NCBI GenBank assembly: GCA_047651235.1
Contig: CP178758.1
Coordinates: forward strand, 2,310,001-2,342,000
DNA from: Candidatus Electrothrix yaqonensis
Lineage (GTDB): Bacteria > Desulfobacterota > Desulfobulbia > Desulfobulbales > Desulfobulbaceae
DNA length: 32,000 nucleotides
Direction of reading: 5' to 3'
Below the pieces are notes generated by a model. It did not search any database and was not told the origin of the DNA. It saw only the letters and a program-made list of their open reading frames with translations. This document shows positions 24,597 through 32,000 of this stretch, in pieces. The position numbers and the translations under genes were made by a program. Position 1 is the stretch's first letter. Each line of letters starts with the position of its first letter.

Positions 24597-25973
24597 TCAG
24601 CTATTGCCCCTGCTTTTCTGTTTGATGATATCAAAGTAGAGCAGGATGCGTTTGATATATCGGACTGGTTCCGTCCCTCTTGCATAACCGTATCTGGTAT
24701 TCTTATAATATTGCTCCAGCCTGAGCAGGGGCAGAGCCTTTTCCAGAGCAGCCCAGTGCTTGGGATTCCACCCTTTGCGCTGACAGATTTTCTGGGCGTC
24801 CCGCACATGACCGTAGCCGATGTTATAACTGGCCAGGGCAAAAAGCAGACGCTCATGCGGGTCCTGTATCCCGCTGAAACGGGCATACAGTTTGGCAAGA
24901 TAGCCCACGCCTGCCCGTATGCTCTGCACAGGACTGAGCCGGTTCCTGATTCCCATCTCCCGTGCTGTGGCCTTGGTGATCTGCATAAGCCCGCGCACGC
25001 CGGTATAGCTCCTGGCCCTCGGATCAAAATGGGACTCCTGATACACAACTGCTGCAATCAGACGCCAGTCAAAGCCGTGCTTTTCCGCCTCTTTGCGGAG
25101 AATATCCCTGTATTGCGGGAGGCGGCTTTTCAGGCGCTTATGAAATTTTTTCAGATCCACATAGTCAAAGATGCTTACACCCCGGTAATACCGTTCGTAG
25201 ATTCTGCCGAACGTTCCGTTTTCTCTGATCAGTTCAAAAAACGCATTGATCTGTCCGAGCAGTTCCGTTTCACCGCTGCGCACGGCCCAAGCCAGTGTCT
25301 GCGGTTCTTCTATGGGGAAGGCAATGCGTATATCAGGATAATAGCGCTGGTTCAGGAGGGCGATATTCGAATCTGCGATCGTGATTTCAATTTCCTGCTC
25401 CGCAACCTGACGGACCAGTTCCTCTGTCGGTGCATTTTTATGCAGCACGGTCTGCAGAGCATAGCCATCCTCCCGGAGTTCGCGGATCCGTTCCGCATAC
25501 GAGGTTGCGGCGCGGAGATGGATTGTTTTTCCTTCCAGATCGGCAAGCTCCTGTACTGTGCTGTTGTTTTTATGCACAATGACCTGCTGCTGCACTTCCA
25601 GATGTCCGTCGGAAAAATCAGCCAAAGTCTCCCGTGACGGGGTGACTGTCAGGCCTGCGGCGATAAGATGCGCCTCACCTGCCTCAAGAAGCTGAAACAT
25701 GCTCTCCCAGTCCGGGGTCAGAATTTCCAGCTCAACTCCGAGATGATCGGCAAAGGCCCGTACCAGGTCATATTCAAAGCCCATGTACTCCCCCCGATAG
25801 CGGTAGTACACATTGGCATTGTTGGTCATGATGACCCGGAGCTTCTGCCGCTCCCGGATATCCTGCAGCGGCTCAGGCGGCTGAGACCTGTCCGGAAATA
25901 CTGCCCAAAAAACAGCAAACAGTACCGCCGACGCCAAAAGGATCAGAAGCAGCCTGCTGAATGTTTTCTTCAT
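24597..25973 (-). CDS. mltF: Membrane-bound lytic murein transglycosylase F
   Basis: Signal/anchor MKKTFSRLLLILLASAVLF. Periplasmic-binding-protein-like domain (KLRVIM...GFEYDL). SLT domain (AVVYQESHFDPRARSYTGVRGLMQIT). Confidence 0.85.
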   Translation of the reverse strand: MKKTFSRLLLILLASAVLFAVFWAVFPDRSQPPEPLQDIRERQKLRVIMTNNANVYYRYRGEYMGFEYDLVRAFADHLGVELEILTPDWESMFQLLEAGEAHLIAAGLTVTPSRETLADFSDGHLEVQQQVIVHKNNSTVQELADLEGKTIHLRAATSYAERIRELREDGYALQTVLHKNAPTEELVRQVAEQEIEITIADSNIALLNQRYYPDIRIAFPIEEPQTLAWAVRSGETELLGQINAFFELIRENGTFGRIYERYYRGVSIFDYVDLKKFHKRLKSRLPQYRDILRKEAEKHGFDWRLIAAVVYQESHFDPRARSYTGVRGLMQITKATAREMGIRNRLSPVQSIRAGVGYLAKLYARFSGIQDPHERLLFALASYNIGYGHVRDAQKICQRKGWNPKHWAALEKALPLLRLEQYYKNTRYGYARGTEPVRYIKRILLYFDIIKQKSRGNS

Positions 25974-26044
25974 GCCGTCCTTCAGAAAAATCCGGAAAAA
26001 GACAGGACAGGAACAGATGCTGTTTGTTGCTCCGTCTGCTTTTT

Positions 26045-27505
26045 TTACTTTACTGCAGGCAGTCTTTCTTTGATCCCGGCCTGCTGCTCCAGATTCCAGG
26101 CTGCCCGGAAAAGAATCTCCTCATGAAAATGGCTTGCCTGCATCTGGATGCCGATGGGCAGACCGTCTGCGGCAAAACCGCAGGGTACGGAGATGCCGGG
26201 TATCCCGGCAAGATTGGCCGAGATGGTAAGAATGTCCGACAGGTACAGCGCCATCGGATCATCAGCTTTCTGCCCGATTTTCCAGGCCGGGGTCGGGGTA
26301 ACTGGCGAAACCAGCAGATCGCATTCCGTAAACGCCTTGGCAAAGTCGTCCGTAATCAGGGTGCGCACCTGAGATGCCTTTTTATAGTAGGCATCATAGT
26401 AACCTGCAGAGAGCGCATAGGTACCGATGAGAATGCGCCGCTTGACCTCGTCACCGAACCCCTGAGAACGGGTCTGCTTATACAGATCAAGCAGGCTGTC
26501 CGCACCCATATCCCGCCTGCCGTAGCGCACACCGTCATACCGGGCCAGATTGGAGCTGGCCTCAGCCGGGGCGATCAGATAGTAGACCGCCACGCAGTAT
26601 TCCGTATGGGGCAAGGACACATCCATGATCTCAGCTCCGGCATCCTGCAGCATCTCAATGCCAGAACGGACTGCCTTTTCCACTTCCGGGTCAAGCCCTT
26701 CGCCGAAATACTCACGGGGAACCCCAACCCGGATGCCCTTCATCCCGTCCTGCAGGGCTGTGCTGTAATCCGGCACTGCCTGATTGACTGAGGTGGAATC
26801 GCGGTGATCATACCCGGCAATGGCGTTCAGCATCAGGGCACAGTCGGCAACGTCTCTGGTCAGCGGCCCGATCTGATCCAGCGAGGAGGCAAAGGCCACC
26901 AGTCCATAGCGCGACACCCGGCCGTAGGTGGGCTTCATCCCCACCACCCCGCATAAGGAGGCAGGCTGCCGGATGGAACCGCCGGTGTCGGAACCTAAGG
27001 AGGCCAGACATTCACGGGCAGCCACCGAGGCGGCAGAGCCGCCGCTGGAGCCGCCAGCCACATAGCCCGGCTTCCAGGGGTTTTCCGGCACTGTGTAGGC
27101 GCAGTTTTCATTGGTCGATCCCATCGCGAACTCATCCATACTTACCTTGCCGAGCAGTACCGAATCTTCGGCCTTCAGCTTTTCAATCACGGTGGCATTG
27201 TAGGGCGGCACAAAACCTTCCAGTATTTTTGAGCCGCAGGTGGTGGGCATGGTTGCAGTGCAGAGCACGTCCTTGATCGACAGGGGCAGGCCGCAGAGCA
27301 TCCCGCCCTGTCCGGCCTCCAGCTTTTTGTCCGCCTGTTCCGCTGCTGCCAAGGCCTGATCCTTATGCAAACTCAGGTACGCCTTTACCGTATCTTCAAC
27401 CTGATCGATACGGGCCAAGATGGATTCAGTCAGGGCAAGGGAGGTAATTTCGCGGCTATCCAGTTTTTCTTTTGCCTGCTGCAGGGTGAGGTTATAGAGT
27501 TCCAT
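26045..27505 (-). CDS. gatA: Glu-tRNA(Gln)/Asp-tRNA(Asn) amidotransferase subunit A
   Basis: Amidase signature GGSSGGSAASVAA...GSDTGGSIRQPAS. Full-length, 486 aa. Confidence 0.95.
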   Translation of the reverse strand: MELYNLTLQQAKEKLDSREITSLALTESILARIDQVEDTVKAYLSLHKDQALAAAEQADKKLEAGQGGMLCGLPLSIKDVLCTATMPTTCGSKILEGFVPPYNATVIEKLKAEDSVLLGKVSMDEFAMGSTNENCAYTVPENPWKPGYVAGGSSGGSAASVAARECLASLGSDTGGSIRQPASLCGVVGMKPTYGRVSRYGLVAFASSLDQIGPLTRDVADCALMLNAIAGYDHRDSTSVNQAVPDYSTALQDGMKGIRVGVPREYFGEGLDPEVEKAVRSGIEMLQDAGAEIMDVSLPHTEYCVAVYYLIAPAEASSNLARYDGVRYGRRDMGADSLLDLYKQTRSQGFGDEVKRRILIGTYALSAGYYDAYYKKASQVRTLITDDFAKAFTECDLLVSPVTPTPAWKIGQKADDPMALYLSDILTISANLAGIPGISVPCGFAADGLPIGIQMQASHFHEEILFRAAWNLEQQAGIKERLPAVK

Positions 27506-27573
27506 TCTATGTTCTTTTATTTAATTTACTTGGGAGAGTTTTTGTCTTGTTGGCGTCTTTTCAACCAGGACGA

Positions 27574-28049
27574 TTAGAGACTGTCCGGGAAATTCGGCGC
27601 CAGGAGAGATTTGCCTGACTCCTCTGAATTGAGGAAAAAAGTGAACCGTCCATTTTGATCGCAGATCCAGACTTCTTCAGCACCGTTGGCAAAATACAGA
27701 TTCCTTTTCACCTCCATCTCCTCTAACCTTGCCGGTGACATCACTTCAATGCAGATTTCAGGAGCAACAGAACACTCGGCCTCGTTTCGGATCTGCTGAA
27801 GCCGTTGCGTTGAACACCAGGCCACATCAGCAACTTTGGTCCCCTTTTCGGTGCGGATGGCGCATTCCGCAAGGGCCTCACCTCCGCGCAGGTGGGCATA
27901 CAGCAGGCCGATAATCTTTCCCTGAAACAGGGAATGGTACACTTTGACATTTGACAGGAGTCATAAGAAGCTGGCCCTGCTGATTGGTTTCGATCTTGAA
28001 CGGCAAATCTTGCAGATTGCTGCTGTCACATATTTTTTTCCAGGTCATG
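27574..28049 (-). pseudogene. Uma2-family (DUF820) endonuclease, frameshifted by a 7-bp tandem duplication
   Basis: The upstream frame reads MTWKKICDSSNLQDLPFKIETNQQGQLLMTPVK and the downstream ORF reads (V)YHSLFQGKIIGLLYAHL...EICIEVMSP...YFANGAEEVWI. TTTGACATTTGACA (27943-27956) is a perfect 7-bp x2 repeat. Removing one unit restores the frame. Confidence 0.75.
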
Positions 28050-28063
28050 GCTGATATCCGGCC

Positions 28064-28257
28064 TAATCAAACAGCGCGAGAAGTTCTTTGACGATTTTAG
28101 GATACAGAGTCTTTCCTTGATGGTGCGGAATAACCATACGGCTGCCTTCTTTACGGTAAATTCGATGACTTCCTTTTTGTCGGGACAGTTAAAAGCCGTT
28201 TGCCAGCAGTAACTTTTCTGCCTCTTTTGCTGTTAATCGCGGGATTTTATCAGACAT
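28064..28257 (-). pseudogene. hicA: HicA mRNA-interferase toxin with an in-frame TAA at codon 23
   Basis: MSDKIPRLTAKEAEKLLLANGF*LSRQKGSHRIYRKEGSRMVIPHHQGKTLYPKIVKELLALFD*. The stop is at 28189-28191. The GF.l.RqkGSH motif spans it. The gene falls below the ORF-track size cutoff. Confidence 0.75.
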
Positions 28258-28477
28258 GCGCTACCGGCTCTACGGTAATAGGAGCTATTATGTAGCTGCT
28301 TTCAGATAATCTCTTTCTTTCCTGCTCGTCAATATCCTCCAGATATAACTCCAATGCTTCCTTGATATTGGTGAGTGCTTCTTCAAGTGTATCGCCTTGG
28401 CTCATGCATCCCTGCAGTGCAGGGATGTAGGCATAAAAGCCGTCCCGATCTCGTTCGATGATTGCGTTGAACTGCAT
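28250..28477 (-). CDS. hicB: HicB-family antitoxin
   Basis: MQFNAIIERDRDGFYAYIPALQGCMSQGDTLEEALTNIKEALELYLE. AAGGAGA RBS. 8-nt overlap with hicA. Confidence 0.8.
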   Translation of the reverse strand: MQFNAIIERDRDGFYAYIPALQGCMSQGDTLEEALTNIKEALELYLEDIDEQERKRLSESSYIIAPITVEPVAHV

Positions 28478-28778
28478 ATCGTCTCTCCTTGCTTTTTTAT
28501 ATTTCAGTCCTGTTCTTCGGCAGAAAGAATACCCTGAAAAGAGCAGGGACATCGGCCACATCCCCACAGTGCAGTTGTCGGGACTTAACTCATTACGGTA
28601 TCGATATCATACCATCAATCGAGCCTTTTTGTCGGCATAATCTCTTTACTAACTGTTGAAGCGTGTTTTCTTCCTTGTGACGCGACATGATCTCCAAGGG
28701 GAGAATCCTTTGACACAGCGGCTGTCTTTTTCGTGTTCGCATGTCCGCATATCCGCATCGCAAAAACAAAAAATAAAA

Positions 28779-29306
28779 TCACTGTCCGCCGCGCACCAGC
28801 CGCACTGCAAATCTGCTGGTGCGGGTGAAAATATCGAAATGGCCGTAGGCAAAGCCGACAGACCATGCGTAGCCTGAAAGGTGAGCACTGGACGACCCGG
28901 ACCAGACATTCGAACTCGGCGTGTTGGGAAAACGGTTCAGGTTGATTGCAGGACCAAAACACTGTCCCTCTATAAGGGAACGCAATTCCTTGATCTCGGG
29001 CAGCCGCCAATCGGTGTGCCCTGCAAATCCGCCGCCGGTATTGACTGTTCCAGGCTGCTTCAGGGCCTGCTGCCAAGTCAATAAACTTGGTGTGCCGTCC
29101 TTGCAGTTATCTCCTTTAACACCTTCAAGACATCTTTTCCACATCAGACCGGTTTTGCTGTCCGTGACCGTGCCGTTACCGTTATCGATTAACTGGCTGT
29201 CCGGTGTGGAAGCCGGGATGGAATCCGTTTTGCATACCTGTGCAGCATAAACGGTAGCTGCGGAGAACATGCAGCAGAGTATCAGGAAAAGGAAAAATAT
29301 GCGCAT
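28779..29306 (-). CDS. Secreted DUF1566 (Lcl C-terminal / C-type-lectin-fold) protein, paralogue 1
   Basis: Signal peptide MRIFFLFLILCCMFSAATVYA. TGLMWKRC...GHTDWRLPEIKELRSLI...AVRLVRGGQ. AGGAG RBS. Start at 29306, not 29447. Confidence 0.8.
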   Translation of the reverse strand: MRIFFLFLILCCMFSAATVYAAQVCKTDSIPASTPDSQLIDNGNGTVTDSKTGLMWKRCLEGVKGDNCKDGTPSLLTWQQALKQPGTVNTGGGFAGHTDWRLPEIKELRSLIEGQCFGPAINLNRFPNTPSSNVWSGSSSAHLSGYAWSVGFAYGHFDIFTRTSRFAVRLVRGGQ

Positions 29307-29468
29307 AATTTGGCTCCTATTTGAGAGAAAGAGGGAAGGGAGTGATAGTTGTGGTACAGATGAAACTGCCGCATACCCTGCTCTAATTTCCAGCAGCAGT
29401 CGGTTGGGGTCACGCCGGGTCGGCAGCCGTTCTTTTCCTTCCATCACGAGAAAACAAAAAAAACAAAA

Positions 29469-29999
29469 TTACTGTCCGCCGCGCACCAGCCGCACTGCAG
29501 CGTAGCTATAGCGGTTGTAGACGTTGGAATAGCCGTAGCCGAAATAGACGTACCACGCGCTGCCCGAATAGGCAGCAGCTGGCGACCGGGACCAGACATA
29601 CGAATTTGGTGTGTTGGGAAAATAGGTCAGATTAATTGCAGGATAAGAACACTGCTCTTCGATAAGGGAACGCAGCTCCCTGATATTGGGCAGCCGCCAG
29701 TCGGTGTGGCCTGCGAATCCGCCACCAGTGTTGACAAGGCCGGGCTGCTGCAGGGCCTCCTGCCAAGTGACAGTATCAGCAGAGCCGGTTTCACAATTAT
29801 CTCCCTCAATACCCTCAAGGCATTTTTTCCACATCAGGCCGGTTTTGCTGTCCATGACCGTGCCGTCGCCGTTGTCAGTGAACTGGCTGTCCGGTGTGGA
29901 AGCCGGGATGGAATCCGTTTTGCATACCTGTTCAGCATGAACGGTTGCTGCGGAAAACATGCAGCAGCAGAGCATCAGGAAAAGGAAAAATATGCGCAT
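29469..29999 (-). CDS. Secreted DUF1566 protein, paralogue 2 (tandem duplicate)
   Basis: MRIFFLFLMLCCCMFSAATVHA, TGLMWKKC...GHTDWRLPNIRELRSLI...AVRLVRGGQ. The 5' UTR and the last 30 nt are near-identical to paralogue 1. Confidence 0.8.
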   Translation of the reverse strand: MRIFFLFLMLCCCMFSAATVHAEQVCKTDSIPASTPDSQFTDNGDGTVMDSKTGLMWKKCLEGIEGDNCETGSADTVTWQEALQQPGLVNTGGGFAGHTDWRLPNIRELRSLIEEQCSYPAINLTYFPNTPNSYVWSRSPAAAYSGSAWYVYFGYGYSNVYNRYSYAAVRLVRGGQ

Positions 30000-30065
30000 A
30001 ATCTGACTCCTGTTTGCAAGAAAGAGGGAAAGGATGACAGGTTGCACGGGAGACCCGGACTGCAC

Positions 30066-30239
30066 TTACGAACTGATCGTATCGGTGCTATTATACCACG
30101 CGGTGCTCTTGTCGTACAGGCAGACCCGCTGAAAGCCTTTGCCGTCGGCACCTATATCCTTCCTGCCAGCGCAGTTGTTAGGAACGGGAATTAAATAACT
30201 GCCGCATTTCGTGGAAGCGATGCCCGTCATCATGTGCAT
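30066..30239 (-). CDS. Possible small Cys-containing ORF (57 aa), not in the ORF track
   Basis: MHMMTGIASTKCGSYLIPVPNNCAGRKDIGADGKGFQRVCLYDKSTAWYNSTDTISS*. Open frame only. No clear SD and no recognisable family. Confidence 0.2.
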   Translation of the reverse strand: MHMMTGIASTKCGSYLIPVPNNCAGRKDIGADGKGFQRVCLYDKSTAWYNSTDTISS

Positions 30240-30360
30240 CTCGATCAGGCAAACGTACCAGTTATTAAATCCTCATTCCTTAATCCAATAATATCCTGGT
30301 GAAACAGCCGAAGTTTTCATTTGTCTCCATCCCCGATGGAAATCAGCAGCCGCTGATACC

Positions 30361-30699
30361 TCAACCTCTTTTTGCCGGGGCAGCCTGCTTCTCTTCTGCC
30401 GGAGGAATGGCGAGAATATATCCGCGATGCACCTTGGTCCTGACATTATTCGCGATTTCCAGGGTCACCGTACTGTCGGTCAAGCCGGTTATCTGACCGT
30501 GAATGCCTCCTCCGGTCATCACCTTGTCGCCTTTTTTCAGATTGCTGAGAAAATCCTGCTGTTCCTTGGCCTTTTTCTGCTGGGGCCGGATAAGCAGAAA
30601 ATAGAACACAATAAAAATTAGGATAAGCGGAATAAACGAGGCAATACCTCCGGCTGCCGGTGAACCGGCGGCTCCCTGTGCATAAGCGATTCCAGTCAT
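30361..30699 (-). CDS. yajC: Preprotein translocase subunit YajC
   Basis: FIPLILIFIVFYFLLIRPQQKKAKEQQDFLSNLKKGDKVMTGGGIHGQI. AAGGAG RBS. Confidence 0.9.
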   Translation of the reverse strand: MTGIAYAQGAAGSPAAGGIASFIPLILIFIVFYFLLIRPQQKKAKEQQDFLSNLKKGDKVMTGGGIHGQITGLTDSTVTLEIANNVRTKVHRGYILAIPPAEEKQAAPAKRG

Positions 30700-30746
30700 T
30701 TGTATCTCCTTAGGAATATTAACAAAACGTCTTGTTGGCGGTTAAT

Positions 30747-31339
30747 TATTTTTTTGGTAATGCATACGAAACTTTTTCCTGCTGATCCACAGAAATATAC
30801 TTCATTTTCTGCAGTTTTCCTATAATTGATGTCAACTCTTGACCACTCAGCTTGTTTGTGAACAGCGAGTTGATGGTGTTGGAGAGCGTTGCAAGTTTTC
30901 TCGGTTTTGACTGACCTCTTCCTGCCAGGTTCTGGACAATGGCCTGTATTTTTCATCAGGGTCAGTTATATTGGAAAGGCGCAGAAGCGGTATTTCAGCC
31001 AAATCGGTTACCCGTCCGGCTTTAATCTTTCTGCTCCGCAAATGCTGTATAAGCGGATCAAATCCTGTATCTCTGGAGATCACATGAAAATAGCCCTGAG
31101 TATCCTGCGAGGATAACTGACCTATATAACGCAATATGGAAATCCAGCGCATTCGGGCCGTTGCCTGCTATTTTGACGTACTTTGCGTTGTTCCCGAATT
31201 TTTGCAGAGCATTTGCGGTTTCAAAAGGAACTTTTGTCTGCCTTTCCCCGACAAAGACAAAAATCTGAAAAGGATGCTTTACCAGCACGTCTACGTTTTT
31301 AGGTTGAACATTTTCAAAATCAATGAAAATATAGTTCAT
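30747..31339 (-). pseudogene. NYN/LabA-like (PIN-fold) domain protein with two frameshifts; start uncertain (ORF open up to 31690)
   Basis: MNYIFIDFENVQPKN...GNGPNALDFHIA | YIGQLSSQDTQGYFHVISRDTGFDPLIQHLRSRKIKAGRV...DPDEK | IQAIVQNLAGRGQSKPRKLATLSNTINSLF...VSYALPKK*. The frame changes fall at about 31123-31135 and at the T5 run 30949-30953. Confidence 0.6.
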
Positions 31340-31759
31340 CGGAGGCAAGTGGACATCTCCCGCTACGATTGACTTTCCCGCTGTGCATAAAGATTCCGGC
31401 AAGACTTCATCAAAGGGCCGCTGAGCCTTTCGATAACGACGGTTTTTTATAACAACTCTACCCTGTGAAGTAAAGAGCAGAAGTAAAGAGCATTCCATTG
31501 CGGACCGCATGATGCAGTCGCCGAACAACTCGAACAACGTTCTGGAAAGCAACGTATGCGGACTTTGCAGAACAGAAGGAACAGCAGCTGTTCTCCGCTG
31601 ATCCTCTGAAGGCGCAGTAATCCAGGGCCCGCTGAACCGTATAATTTTCTTGACGTTCCGGCCAGAAAGAATGTAGACTATTGCAGACAAATAAATAGTT
31701 CTGTTTTCCTGTATCCTGCAATTATTACAAAATAATTTATCTTGCTGAGGACTTTTTTC

Positions 31760-32000
31760 ATGAATGTCATGAATACTTTCATGCCCCGTATGCTGTTTTT
31801 TGCCTGCTTGGCCCTTTCTCTCGTTCTCACCGGATGCGGTTCGAAAGAGTTAGAACCCTATCAGTCGCCAACTGCGCCTGACGGTACCCGCACAACAACC
31901 AAGACAACCACGACAAAAACACGTCCGGGTTATGCCTCTTTTGTCGATGGCGACGGTAATCTCGGTAACATTCTGGAAGAAACTGTTGATGGAAATAAAA
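31760..32000 (+). CDS. Putative lipoprotein, N-terminal part; runs off the window
   Basis: MNVMNTFMPRMLFFACLALSLVLTGCGSKE has a signal peptide plus lipobox L-T-G-C. The frame is open to base 32000. Absent from the ORF track because no stop is reached. Confidence 0.6.
   Translation, partial: MNVMNTFMPRMLFFACLALSLVLTGCGSKELEPYQSPTAPDGTRTTTKTTTTKTRPGYASFVDGDGNLGNILEETVDGNK

Noticed and set aside
24590-26791. ORFs 24590-25057(-), 24711-25637(+) and 25961-26791(+) overlapping mltF/gatA
   Set aside because: Alternative-frame or antisense ORFs with no recognisable motifs. mltF and gatA account for the region.
28779-29600. The two DUF1566 C-terminal blocks being a DGR TR/VR pair with each other
   Set aside because: The differences are not confined to adenine positions of either copy (for example GGC versus TAT, AGA versus TAC). 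Both lie inside complete coding genes. If a DGR is involved, the template must be elsewhere.
1-32000. CRISPR arrays, rRNA or tRNA genes
   Set aside because: No regularly spaced direct repeats and no rRNA- or tRNA-like sequences were seen. The only structured RNA gene identified is ssrA.

Overview
Chromosomal window that looks like a sulfate-reducer-type deltaproteobacterium. That is an inference from the HdrA/MvhD/FdhA genes and the tmRNA tag ADDYNYALAA. Core genes are smpB-ssrA, a feo iron-uptake locus, a tandem-HdrA gene, an mvhD + GltD-like::FdhA fusion operon, mltF, gatA and yajC. Three accessory patches interrupt them. (i) An island directly 3' of the tmRNA gene (about 1.4-8.1 kb) carries one giant nuclease-STAND NTPase (Avs-like) gene. 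It is broken by an in-frame TAA 12 codons before its P-loop and truncated by an ISKra4-like IS with clear inverted repeats and an 8-bp target duplication. (ii) An apparently AT-richer ~4.3-kb patch (15.2-19.5 kb) sits between the hdrA and mvhD-fdhA operons. It holds an uncharacterised 383-aa protein with an Rx4H (HEPN-like) motif, gene fragments, a small Cys/His-rich protein, and higBA and UPF0175/DUF3368 toxin-antitoxin pairs separated by three copies of a ~50-bp repeat. (iii) The 27.5-31.4 kb stretch holds Uma2, hicBA, two tandem secreted DUF1566 paralogues with a hypervariable C-terminal block, and a NYN-like gene. At least nine genes carry frameshifts, in-frame stops or insertions, including hdrA and fdhA, so either the genome is decaying or the assembly has errors. 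The hdrA and mvhD leaders are paralogous and share two conserved hairpins, a candidate cis-regulatory element. No rRNA, tRNA or CRISPR array was seen.
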